Assembly: GCA_965644295.1 (NCBI GenBank)
Contig: CBFFRP010000199.1
Coordinates: 434,001-498,000, forward strand
DNA from: Paraphysomonas bandaiensis
Lineage: Eukaryota > Protista > Chrysophyceae
DNA length: 64,000 nt
Direction of reading: 5' to 3'
Shown here: positions 10,908 through 21,803 of the stretch, one piece after another
How positions within the stretch are numbered: position 1 is the stretch's first letter
How the letters are laid out: each line of letters begins with the position of its first letter
Position numbers and translations under genes: made by a program
Notes under the pieces: generated by a model
The model's database searches: none
Seen by the model: only the letters and a program-made list of their open reading frames with translations
What the model was told of the DNA's origin: nothing

Positions 10908-11552
10908 CTAATCAATTACTTGACGAAATTTGTGCCCTTTGCGCAACTTCATTCTTAGTGACGGTTCCTTGTAAACAGGAGTCGGAATATTCCTCCGTGG
11001 TCGGGATGGGGTTACAATAGTGGGAGAGGATTGAGGTGGTGTGGTAGGTACCTCAGACTTAACATCATCGACCTGAAAATGTAGCTCTTCTGCTTGAAGA
11101 GGAGATAGCCGGACCTCATCGACATTTAGATCACCCTCACGAACAGAGAGCAGTACTGGAGGAGATTTTTTAATCTCTGAGCTTCCTCGCGAAGAGCGAC
11201 CATCCCGACGGGGTGACATGTGCGGCTGTGGTGTCGACACACGCCTCCGATTACTACCGCGACTCTCCCATTGCGACGATATCGGTGACATAGGCGGTTC
11301 GGTTAGATTCGGGTGTGCTGTAGTCTGTAATATCTTCATATCATACATAGTATCCAGCATATACTGAGAACACAATACCTGTTCTTCTGTCTGAGTGCCT
11401 TTTGACAGCACAGGAACAAACAGTTTACTTCGCAGAAGGCGGTTTTCTTTCTTCAAACTGGAGTATTTCTCCTTCACACGCTGTATCTCAAACGCCAGTC
11501 TCTTATTACGGTCTATGAGAGACTGGTATATCGCTACAGAACTCTTAGACAT
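10908..11552 (-). CDS. Shugoshin-like centromeric cohesion protector
   Basis: N-terminal coiled coil (LIDRNKRLAFEIQ..LKKENRLLRSKL) plus C-terminal basic SGO motif RPRRN....YKEPSLRMKLRKG; many SP/TP sites between. Confidence 0.8.
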   Translation of the reverse strand: MSKSSVAIYQSLIDRNKRLAFEIQRVKEKYSSLKKENRLLRSKLFVPVLSKGTQTEEQVLCSQYMLDTMYDMKILQTTAHPNLTEPPMSPISSQWESRGSNRRRVSTPQPHMSPRRDGRSSRGSSEIKKSPPVLLSVREGDLNVDEVRLSPLQAEELHFQVDDVKSEVPTTPPQSSPTIVTPSRPRRNIPTPVYKEPSLRMKLRKGHKFRQVID

Positions 11553-11899
11553 GAAAATATAAGAACGAACGATGCTCAATTCCCTTCGGACAGAACAGCA
11601 AGAGTGAGGTCGTATATTAGAGTGAAGAGGGAAACATCTTTTATATTATCAATATGAGTGCACAGCCGATCGATGCGCAGATAGGCTCCACATCTTCCCA
11701 TATTCAACAGTGAAGTAAAGTCAACCGCTATACTCCCAAGAAACAGAAGAGGAAGTCAGTGACCCTACAAGATATACCTTAGTGTTTAGGATATAACTTC
11801 TTTCTTGATCATGCATTCACAGAGTGCGACTACGCTGTAGGTTGTTTGTATTTTTATTCGCGTAGTGTATTTCTATAGACAAAAACAAGTCGACTCAGC

Positions 11900-12018
11900 A
11901 TGGACGGTCATACAATGCAAACCGCACCCGCTCTCGTTCCGCTCGCGGAAGTTAAGTTGCATCTGGCCCGGTTAGTAGTACGGTGGGTGACCACGTGCGA
12001 AGTCCGGGTACTGTCCGT
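11900..12018 (+). rRNA. 5S rRNA (single dispersed copy, 119 nt)
   Basis: Terminal helix ATGGACGG/CTGTCCGT; conserved CATAC, GAAGTTAAG (box A region) and TTAGTAGTACGGTGGGTGACC (box C region); length 119 nt. Confidence 0.95.
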
Positions 12019-12023
12019 TTTTT
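12018..12023 (+). terminator. Pol III oligo-T terminator of the 5S gene
   Basis: TTTTTT run directly at the 5S 3' end, with a second T6 run a few nt later. Confidence 0.85.
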
Positions 12024-12127
12024 GACCATTTTTTAGTGCTTGTTTTCCTACTAAAAGTTTAAGCAAAGGTACACATAGAGGTGGATCATGTTATATATAT
12101 TGTCTTCTTGTGATTATAGCGAGAGAA

Positions 12128-13069
12128 ATGCACCATTCATTGAAATGTGCTTCTCACGATGGATCTATTTCCCGTTACTATCACTTCTTCTTTGCATGTC
12201 TTATACCTCTCATAGACTTTCGGCATGAAAATCCCGACTCAGAAATTATCTTATTCAGTGATGTTGGCCCTTTCAGTGCAGTTCTGTCTGGCGAACTTCC
12301 GTTGAGCTTATCTTTTGGTAATGAAAGTTTCGAATCAAGAACCAAGATTTCGTATTTACCTGCATATGATGTGTTTGATAGTAAATATTTCGAGAACCAA
12401 TCCGTCCCTCGCATGCCAACGGCGGTGCGTGATGATGTTTTAAGCTTCATTGAGAAAACGAAGCCGATGGATATTAGCATTTTTCCTTCTTTACCGTATT
12501 TACCAGAACCTCCAATTATTGTACTCATTGAGAGGAAGGGAGACGTGCCACTTAACACACAATCATTCAAGGCCGCATCCGGAGCTTCTCGACGGCGTAT
12601 CAGAAACCATCAGCATCTTGAACAGGCCTTACGTAAAAAATATGGCTCATCTTTTGTTAATATTGCGTTAGAGGGCATGGGTATATACGCCCAATATTAT
12701 CTATTCAGCACAGCTTCTGTTGTGATCGGACAACATGGCGCAGCACTGTCCAATATCTTTTTCATGCGGTCCATTCCATCCTCGGAAGAGAAGTTAGCAC
12801 GTAAACCTTCGCACGTAGTTGAGATTAGTAGTCCGTATAGTCGCCGGGCAAAGTACTTCAAGAACCTGGCGTCCTTCTGCAATGTGTCGTTCAGTAGCAT
12901 TGCTCAAGAGAGGAACCTGGGAAATGTTAGTGTGACCTCCGTGGTTAATCATGTAGACTGTGTTTTGCGCAATTTAAATCAAGTCAGTACATTAGACAAA
13001 GGTATGATAGGAAAGTTATGTGGTGATGATATTGATAGGTTAACAAAAAATGCTGTTGTAGAGCATTAG
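12128..13069 (+). CDS. Glycosyltransferase family 61-like (DUF563) protein
   Basis: YYHFFF near the N-terminus, IVLIER...RRIRNH, LEGM..YAQYYLFS.ASVVIGQHGAALSNIFFM, VVEI. Confidence 0.8.
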   Translation: MHHSLKCASHDGSISRYYHFFFACLIPLIDFRHENPDSEIILFSDVGPFSAVLSGELPLSLSFGNESFESRTKISYLPAYDVFDSKYFENQSVPRMPTAVRDDVLSFIEKTKPMDISIFPSLPYLPEPPIIVLIERKGDVPLNTQSFKAASGASRRRIRNHQHLEQALRKKYGSSFVNIALEGMGIYAQYYLFSTASVVIGQHGAALSNIFFMRSIPSSEEKLARKPSHVVEISSPYSRRAKYFKNLASFCNVSFSSIAQERNLGNVSVTSVVNHVDCVLRNLNQVSTLDKGMIGKLCGDDIDRLTKNAVVEH

Positions 13070-13349
13070 TCTCATTTATTTTATTGTAATATAGTATCAA
13101 AATTCCTCTTGAACAAACGCCATTCTGTTTTACTGTTGGGTTGTGTGTTTCAGTTCTCATTTGTTGCTTAGTACTCACCGATTGTACTTATCAATGTATG
13201 TTATTTCTTACATTCCACATATCACTGCACTTAGTTATATGTAGCTCTATAATCAGGCATATCACAGGATTCGTAATCTTCCGATTTGGATACCTATAAA
13301 ATACATTTTTCACTAATAACTGGCAAAAATGCTTCGATGAGATCACTTT

Positions 13350-14141
13350 TTATATATTACTCTTCATTAAACAATCACCTGACAAAACATTCGCAGAGAT
13401 ATTCGCTCTGTAAGTATTTCTCGGGTTTGTATGATACATTGCAATATACTTACAATTACTTACACCTATCCATTTCAACAATCTATTGAATCGCTTCACC
13501 GAAAATTGTTCTAGCGGCATTAGGAAGGTACTTTCTGGATGTTGAGAAGCCCAAGTTGATATATTTTTTGTCCCACTCGTAAGCATTGCCATTGCAACAC
13601 TCGGCAATTCTTTTCTGTAGAAAGCTGACCTGCTTTGAGCCTCTATATTTTTTCTATAGTTGATAATAAACTTTGCACATGGAAACAGAGTCCGGAAGAA
13701 ATCTAATTTGTCTAGACTTTGATGGCGAATCTCTTTGAAGCCCAAAAGCTGCGTAGACAAAGTATCGTACTGTCCCAGTATTTGTTTGACGTACAGCTGC
13801 ATCGTACAAAGAACGCTCTGCTTGTCGATGGCTGGATGGGCCCATGCAAATGTGTTTCTACCGAGTGTTTCTTGTCGATGAAGGCTATCCCACAATGCCA
13901 TTAAACTGTTCATGACACCATTATTCTCCCCACTAATAAAAATACCAGGAACAGCATTTAGCATACTAAAAATAGTAGTTGATCCACTTCTGCCAGTGCC
14001 GATCACAAACATCCAATTGTCTTCACATAAATCACAGGCGACTGTATTAGACATCGACTGTATGTGAATAGATAGCATTCGAACAGATAAAAGAGACAGC
14101 AGGACACACTTTATAAATATCGAACACCTAAGTAGCTTCAT
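13350..14141 (-). CDS. Type II membrane/secretory sulfotransferase (Sulfotransfer_3-like)
   Basis: N-terminal hydrophobic anchor; 5'-PSB loop FVIGTGRSGSTT; GFKEIR; FPCAKFIINYR (3'-PB). Confidence 0.85.
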   Translation of the reverse strand: MKLLRCSIFIKCVLLSLLSVRMLSIHIQSMSNTVACDLCEDNWMFVIGTGRSGSTTIFSMLNAVPGIFISGENNGVMNSLMALWDSLHRQETLGRNTFAWAHPAIDKQSVLCTMQLYVKQILGQYDTLSTQLLGFKEIRHQSLDKLDFFRTLFPCAKFIINYRKNIEAQSRSAFYRKELPSVAMAMLTSGTKNISTWASQHPESTFLMPLEQFSVKRFNRLLKWIGVSNCKYIAMYHTNPRNTYRANISANVLSGDCLMKSNI

Positions 14142-14567
14142 TGTGACCCCTTCCGTCGACTGCTACATGCGACGCTGCGTATGTTCTGTCTTATGAGGCT
14201 ACTGGACGGGTATGAGTAGGGCTGTCATATAGCTAATCTCTACATGTTAAGCAAGCAGACCAGCTCTTGAGGAGGCTTCCTCTCGTACCATCTGTAAACT
14301 ACAGCGTATAAACGTATAAACCCTATGATGGACACATCCACAGCAGCATACCGTAGTTGGAATACAATACACTGGTATCTGGTATCTGGTATATATGTAC
14401 TACAAGTAGCTGCACACATACTAGCTCTATATACGTTTTCATATCTAACTCCTCAGCACTCTGACGAATAGAGCACCATATGTTTAACTGCACTTGACTG
14501 AGTATCTCAACAATATCTCTCTACATATTCCTCTCATCTGATTAATATCACATATTAACAAGAGATC

Positions 14568-15421
14568 ATGAAGAGTGCTCTGCTGCTATTGCTTCAGCTC
14601 TCACTTATCAGTGCCGAACACAGTGACTTCTCTTTTTATCAAGATCGCGGCTCAAATGAATTCGACAGTTACACAATATCTCGTGGGCTTGAGCACTATT
14701 CATGGGTGTGGTACCCAACTAATCCCTCTGCAGCTGTCCACTGCTTTGTGTTCTGTATGGGGACCGGTGCGATCCCAGAAGATTACATCGCTACAGGTAT
14801 TCAACCTATCAATTGTTATGATTCGTTATAATTAATATTATTGTAGGTCAGCACCTTGCGTCTCACGGTTTCGCCGCGATCTATGTGCCTATGCGCCCCT
14901 GGGATGTGACAGAAGGGCTTGATTACTGTCGAGATGGAACTATTTCCGATGACATTCCTTCCCTTAAATCATGGATGAATTCTACGAAGCTTGGAGTGGG
15001 TGGACACTCTGGAGGAGGTCCATATGCTGTTCATGCTGCGTCTGGGGTGGAAGATGTGAACGTTATCATCACGCAGCATGCGGCGTCGATTCCCGTGTTG
15101 AACAAACAATCTGATGCAACAATGAACGCTCTCAAAGGAGATCTTTTAGTTCTTTGCGGAACTCAGGACAGTATGCCATTTTGCGACTGTTCACGAGCAG
15201 TTACCGATTACTATGATCGCGCACCCCTTGGGCGTGCTGTAGCCGAGGTGCCTGACGGGCATGTTGATGGTGCATGCTTCGAATCAGGGGAAAAAAATGA
15301 AGCAGGGTACATAACTGCCATGCTGTACTACGCCTTACGCGGTATACCAGAGGCTGCAGATGCTTTGAAGCAAGGAAAAGAGGGCGATATTGTAACTGTC
15401 GACCTACAGCACGTTGAGTAG
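14568..15421 (+). CDS. Secreted alpha/beta-hydrolase of the chlorophyllase / cutinase-PETase-like clan; intron 14797-14846
   Basis: Signal peptide MKSALLLLLQLSLISA. Spliced sequence gives MGTGAIPEDY..GQHLASHGF; nucleophile elbow GHSGGG; candidate acid GTQD and His DGH. Confidence 0.8.
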
Positions 15422-16151
15422 GCGATGTTACTTGCCTTGGATACGAATGGTCTCATGCTATTTAGGCTGCCATATAAAAGGACTAATACATAAATCTTGT
15501 GTAGTTTCATTTACGAGTACAATGATGTGAACGTCTGTAGACGAATCAATATTACCTAATAATAATATGAAGTGGAGCTTTTTGATTTGTGTTTCTTAGT
15601 GATGTAGTTGTTGTAATTGTACCTTGCACTTGTACCAGGAATGGACAAATCTTAAAAATTTTGTGGAATTAAGGAGGCAAGTTTATTACGCTGCATAAGG
15701 AGGACAAATGTTATTTAGAAATCACTCCGCAGCTGTCAATAACTTATTACATTGGTGTAATAAGCAATAAGCACCTTACAGAGTAAACCAGACGTTTATA
15801 GCCGAAGCTGAGCTATACTATCTAATCGGAGAATTAGAAACAACAGTAGTGAGTTATAAATTCTCTATGTCGGTGAAAGATGGAGATAATAAGTCAACTA
15901 AACATCTCAGGTAGTAGATAACTAGGCTGTAAAAAATGAGATTATATCTGCTATATTGCACTGCTTCAAATAATATCTTTATTACGTACTAAAAAGCATA
16001 ATCTAAGGTGACATAGTGATAAGTATATTAAAAAATGACAGCAGATACTTTTTAATACTAAGAATGGATGTGACTAGTTACACAATGCATTTGTCGTTGA
16101 GTTATCAGGCATTAGCCGAATAAACAATAAAATAACATAAATCTCTTCAAA

Positions 16152-16821
16152 TCACATAACCGTACATGCTTTAGATACGACGGGGTCATCAGTAGTGCTC
16201 TTGCCATTCTCTAGTTCCCTAATTTTTTTCCGTAAATTCTTAACTTCATTTTCACATTTATCACGCTGATTAGTAAGTGTAACCGTATAAGTAACAAGTT
16301 CATCATATTTTTTCTTGAGGTCATTGTAATCATTCGACGGATTCTGGACCATGGTAGCGGAGGAGGAGGGATTAGTACTGCCTACATCAGGACCAACATC
16401 AGTGCTATCACGGTGAATTTCTATTTTCTTCTGAACTATATCTTCTTTTTTAGCTTTTTGAAACTCTTCAGCAGCCTGTGAGCCATTAGAGTAACAATTG
16501 CTATAACATACGTGAGTCTACCACATCCTTCAATTCTTCGGGTGACATGGCTCCCTCATTGTAGTCTGCAGATTGGACAATAACGCTCTGAATTAAAAAC
16601 TTCACATTATTGATGTTTCCACAAGGAGCAGACGATCTCAGAATATCGACATCACATGTATCTTCTGCTGCAACTATTCCACATGTTGGTCGTACTAGAA
16701 ATACTGCTGGATGAGTTGTTTTGACCTTATAAGCAGCCCTCTGACCAGAAACATTCTTCAACGACAATACTTCCTTAGAGTTCGTAAACTGTATTGTTTC
16801 AGGTAATTCAAATATCTCCAT
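16152..16821 (-). CDS. MSP (VAP-type) domain plus coiled-coil protein; one short intron near 16478-16523
   Basis: LSLKNVSGQRAAYKVKTTHPAVFLVRPTCGIV and KFLIQS are MSP signatures. Downstream coiled coil LKKKYDELVTYTVTLTNQRD. Confidence 0.8.
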
Positions 16822-17757
16822 TGAACGATATGATGTCCCTATGACCCCTACATAACACACCTCAGTGATGCTTCGCTGTAACAGACAGCGATGCTGCAGT
16901 ATATGATCTGGACACACAGCAGGGTTGTATACCGTATACCTACTACGATATTATACTGCTGTGGTGTAGTGTTCCGTATACCGTACTACATCCGTATCCC
17001 ACAACATCATTAGCAGCAACATGCATCCAGATATGCATGAAGAGATCTACACACCTTGTCAGATCAGATCAGGTATCCCTGGCTATCAGTGGGACCCCTG
17101 CAGCGTTTGATTGCATACTTGAATGAGTTACTTGTAGATTGTCTCCCTTAGATTGTACTATCTCAACTCCCATCATTCATTTCAACTGTGCGTCATGCTC
17201 CTGTCGCTGTCAACGAACGAGAAATATGAGGGTGTCAATTAATAATGAAACTACGGGATGATCATTTTTTTATTCGCTTATGTCTTGTAGAAGGTGACAG
17301 ATGATTGAATTAGGAGGGGGGCTATTTAAGCGCTGAGGGTTCAAACTGTCCGCAATGGTGAGGCTTTTCTCCATTAGATGACTCGTAGTCCGACCGCTGA
17401 AGAGTGAAAAGCCAATGATTTGGTCTGTAAGGAGATATGATGGTGAAACATAGAATTTATTAGTTGTGGTTCCATCAAGATGGAAGGTACCGTTCTCTTT
17501 CCAGTATCGAAGTGCTCGAACCAGATTATGACCGCAGTGTTGGACATTGAACACGAAGAGATAGAAAATCAGTGATCATAGGGTGGGTAAGATACGGCCG
17601 GCGTGTTACGGACAGACGCCAATGCCATATTTCGGACGTAATTATATACGTTTCATGGCTCTGGCAACATCAATTTTACAGAAAGTGTAATTGTTACGGC
17701 CTAGCATACGGTCAACCTCCAACCAGGTACCACCTGCAACCGCGATAATTACTACGC

Positions 17758-18223
17758 ACCGGAGATATTTCCCCGGAAAACTAACGTCAGCCGCATATAT
17801 AGTCAGCAGATAATTTTCTAACCATTCATAGCCAAATGCTTGTGTGGTTCAAGAGACACTAATATAAGTGTCACTTGTGTGTAGACGTCATTGGGCGTGG
17901 TCTATCTCAGGGGAATTCGGGTATTGGGCTGCCTGACCTGCTGAAGTCAAGCATCCAGGCTATTCACGTTAAGGATTCAAAAACCAAAAAGCCAGCGGAT
18001 GTCAGGTATATCAATATTCTGCTTGCTCACTGCGTTTGCTTTGAGAAATACAGCAAAAGTTGCTGCACCTTGATGCTTGTGGTGACGCACAAGCAGCTTT
18101 CGTCACGTTAAATAGTAGGTTATCAGTTATCAGAGTTAACTACTACTTGTTAGATATTTTGCAATGCTACTTTAGTTCTGACTCTTACACGCCTAATGCT
18201 ATTAATCTAATAATAAGACATTC
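17758..18223 (+). repeat. Dispersed repeat A, copy 2 (5'-truncated, 3' end intact)
   Basis: ccggagatatttccccggaaaactaacgtcagccgca...gcttgtggtgacgcacaagcagc...tagttctgactcttacacgcctaatgct...agacattc. Confidence 0.85.
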
Positions 18224-18968
18224 TTCACTAATCAGTCCATGGTAAGATATTATATTATCCCCATTTTGTCTCAAAAAATGTTTTTTTTTGACCTGATTTG
18301 GGCTCAACAGGGCGCTCATATCACCACCGGGCAAATATAGACATTCAACTTCAATATTCGGTTCAACAGAAGCTCACTTCTATCTTCATTATGATAATGA
18401 CAGTTGAATGTACGTGATTTCATTATAGTACACAATTATAGAGAAACCACAATCATGAGCCAAATATCAAGAGCAGATCATCTAATTCCAAGTTATATTC
18501 CATCCTTCGACTGCTGTAGGAGATCATAATGAGGTCAGTGCAAGTGATCTGTCTTCATATCCAGGACTTCGAAACAACTTCAAGAACATTACAGGAGAGT
18601 TTAAGTACCATATCTGATGCCTGATGCTATATAGGTGGTTAGGAGCAGTGGCACCCAGTTCTTTCAGGGTTGGAGCCATATCGTGCTTCTCAGGATATTG
18701 TGTGTTTCGTATCATATACACATCTTTCGATCAGGTGCACTGTATATAAATGTGATGATGATGCTAATTAAGGCAATAAGAAGCCTCTCTTTCATCTTCA
18801 ACTGTTTACATTTATCATCACACTTACAGTATACATATCATTCATTTGAAACTATATGAGTTCTCATTTGTGTTATTAATGTTAATCAAGAAACATCTAT
18901 TTCTTAATACAGCAAGCATGCTACAAATAGCTATACAATCCAATATTAACTTTTCAACGTCATGAGGA

Positions 18969-19105
18969 TAAGCTACAATTTAACCTAGGGATAAGGAGTA
19001 TCGTCCCTTGTCTAAATTTTAAAACTCGGGCTTTTCGCCCTCGTTGCAATATTTTGAGCGCGGGACGATATAGCCTCCTTATTGCCCGTGGTTAAATATA
19101 ACTAT
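18969..19105. mobile_element. ~135-bp palindromic (foldback) MITE-like element
   Basis: Arms tttaacctagggataaggag-tatcgtccc and gggacgata-tagc-ctccttattgccc-gtggttaaa enclose a central hairpin cgggcttttcgccc. Confidence 0.7.
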
Positions 19106-19359
19106 TTCACATGTCATGTACAAAACAAGCAATGGCATGAATGCTACATGCAAGCTGCACAAATTGAGAAGGTCCCAAACTGCATGATTACATAAAGTTA
19201 ATTTAATGCATTATTTCTAGACAACTACTCTCTAATGCACATGAGACTACCAAACTACCAACGTCATGTTGAGAAATATACTCCCAACCTTGATTTCTTC
19301 CTCACATTCAATTTTGCACACATAAAAATACATTCTCCATCGTACAAAGCATAAAACAT

Positions 19360-21803
19360 TTAGCGACGATTTTTTTTCAGCTTAGCTAATTTTTCTGCTC
19401 GTATTCTTGCAGCCTCCTCAGCCCTTGCTTTTGCTCTTTCCCTAGCCTCTGCGTGAATTCTAGCACTTTCTTTCGCCTTCCATTCCTCAATTTTATCAAC
19501 AGACTGAGGCCCTGAGTCACTTTCACTCGATATAGAATGCCCAGACTCCTCTTCCTCTGCTTTCCTCCTGACAATTTCTTCCTCCTCCGCCTTCCTCCGG
19601 GCAGCCTCCTCTTCCTCTGCTTTCCTCCTGGCAATTTCTTCTTCCTCTGCCTTCCTCCTGGCAACCTCTTCTTCTTCCTCTGCTTTCTTCCTGGCAGCCT
19701 CCTCTTCCTCTGCCTTCCTCCGGGCAGCCTCCTCTTCCTCTGCCTTCCTCCTGGCAACCTCCTCTTCTTCCTCTGCTTTCTTCCTGGCAGCCTCCTCTTC
19801 CTCCTCTGCCTTCCTCCTGGCAATTTCTTCTTCCTCTGCCTTCCTCCTGGCAACCTCTTCTTCTTCCTCTGCTTTCTTCCTGGCAGCCTCCTCTTCCTCT
19901 GCCTTCCTCCGGGCAGCCTCCTCTTCCTCTGCCTTCCTCCTGGCAACCCCCTCTTCTTCCTCTGCTTTCTTCCTGGCAGCCTCCTCTTCCTCCTCTGCCT
20001 TCCTCCGGGCAGCCTCCTCTTCCTCTGCTTTCCTCCTGACAATTTCTTCCTCCTCTGCTTTCTTCCTGGCAGCCTCCTCTTCCTCTGCCTTCCTCCGGGC
20101 AGCCTCCTCTTCCTCTGCTTTCCTCCTGACAATTTCTTCCTCCTCTGCCTTCCTCCGGGCAGCCTCTTCTTCCTCTGCCTTCCTCCTGGCAACCTCCTCT
20201 TCTTCCTCTGCTTTCTTCCTGGCAGCCTCCTCTTCCTCTGCTTTCCTCCTGACAATTTCTTTCTCCTCTGCCTTCCTCCGGGCAATTTCGTCCTCCTCGG
20301 CCTTCCTCCTAGCAACCTCCTCTTCTGCTTTCTTCCTCGCAATTTCTTCCTCCTCTGCCTTCCTCCTGGCAACCTCTTCTTCTTCCTGTGCTTTCTTTCT
20401 AGCAATTTCTTTCTCCTCTGCCTCTGCCTTTCTCCTGACAGCCTCCTCTTCCTCTGCTTTCTTTCTGGCAACCTCCTGTTCATCCGTATGATGCCCATTA
20501 CTGTCAAACTTTTCAGGAACTGGATCGGATATTTCGCTCTTCACTTTTGTGGTCCCCTGCCAAGCGTTGAATACATCCCAGTTAACGACATCATTATGTG
20601 AGTGTGTAAAGTTCGCTTCTCTTTCTCTTCTAACCGTGTCCTATTGGCACAGAAAAGAATTAAATCATTCGACACTTCATTTTTGCTCACGACCTTTGTG
20701 CGGAAAGCGACGACGTATGTTCTACGCGATGATGGACTAAGATTTCCCCCTGATCCATGTACCACATACTCGTCGTGAATAGACACGGAACCCCGGGGTA
20801 CTTCTGCAAACGAAACTTCTTCTTCGTCCCCGATCACGGCGGCGACAGCGTGACCTTCTTCTCTATCTCTAGAAAGTGGTTTGTGGGGACGAAGAACTTT
20901 GTCCACACCTGCGCCACCATTTTACACAAACAAGCAATGCCTTCAAGCTTGGTATCAAAAACCTGATTTTGGAATGTAGCGTATGCACCCATTCTGTCTT
21001 GTGGTTGAATCGATTGCAAGAGAGAAAGTTACCGTGCGCGTATCCGGAGTCATACTTGGGTTGGGCCAATACGCCATATCCTGTAGCCATACATACACAT
21101 TACATATAGCATTAATTACAGTGCCAAATACTACATCTCAGCGCGTATTTACAGTATATTCACGTGCAAAAAGTAGTACATGATACATTCAGGGTACTAC
21201 CTGATGCCAAGCGAAGACGGCATCTTCGGCGCCCGGTCTCTTGTCAAGTAATTGGTCGTAGTCAAATACCTTTACATAATTGTAAGTACGCGAATATTCT
21301 CAGAAATATACAGTGCGCACCATTTCGACATCTGGAAATAACTGCGCTGCAACACTTGCAGCAACTCTCTCGAATATGTTGCCTTTGAATTCGGGGTAGT
21401 ACTTTGTCGGTAACATAGCGTTAATGACTGAATACTGATCTCTCGGTGTATCGAAGGGTTTCGACATGTCGCAGAAATCTTTTCCTTGCGTAGCAGGACT
21501 TCCTTCTCGCATGTACTTATCGTATGTCTCCTCAATAACAAGCAGCTCCTCCTCTGTTAAAAAATTGGGCAAAATAGTGAGCCCATTCGACAAAAAAGAC
21601 TCCTTCTGAGATGGGCACACCACGTAGGCATCGCCATGCCGGTGGCCACAGTGATTATGTGTGGTATTTTCCACAATTTGATTCTGCAGGTTGGCCCCTT
21701 GATACAGCTTGAGCTCGAGCTGAGTGTTGGCTATCTTGCCAATAATAAACACCACCACAGCGCTCACTATAGGGCATAACATACAGTAATCAATCCCTTT
21801 CAT
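19360..21803 (-). CDS. PhyH-family Fe(II)/2OG dioxygenase with N-terminal membrane anchor and C-terminal ~300-aa ER/K single-alpha-helix repeat; 5 exons
   Basis: Spliced protein has FAWHQD, TFSLAIDSTTRQNGCIRYIP and GSVSIHDEYVVHGSGGN..RRTYV. The last intron (20641-20693, phase 0) joins into DTVRRERE..HSHNDVVNWD, which runs in frame into the EEEAARRKA repeat. Confidence 0.8.
19545..20480 (-). repeat. Coding minisatellite with 30-33 bp units encoding (E)3-5-[AIV]-[AV]-R-[RK]-K-A
   Basis: Visible tandem ctcctcttcctctgccttcctcc(t/g)ggca units, about 30 copies. Confidence 0.95.

Noticed and set aside
17270-17750. 94-aa ORF and coding-like sequence beside repeat A copy 2
   Set aside because: It is interrupted by stops upstream and has no recognisable family signature.
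19545-20480. CRISPR-like periodicity (~30-33 bp)
   Set aside because: There are no unique spacers; it is a coding tandem repeat in a eukaryotic gene.
19386-20601. 373-aa Arg/Lys-rich ORF (-) and 354-aa Leu/Phe/Pro ORF (+)
   Set aside because: These are alternative-frame and antisense shadows of the stop-free minisatellite; the ER/K frame is the one joined to PhyH.
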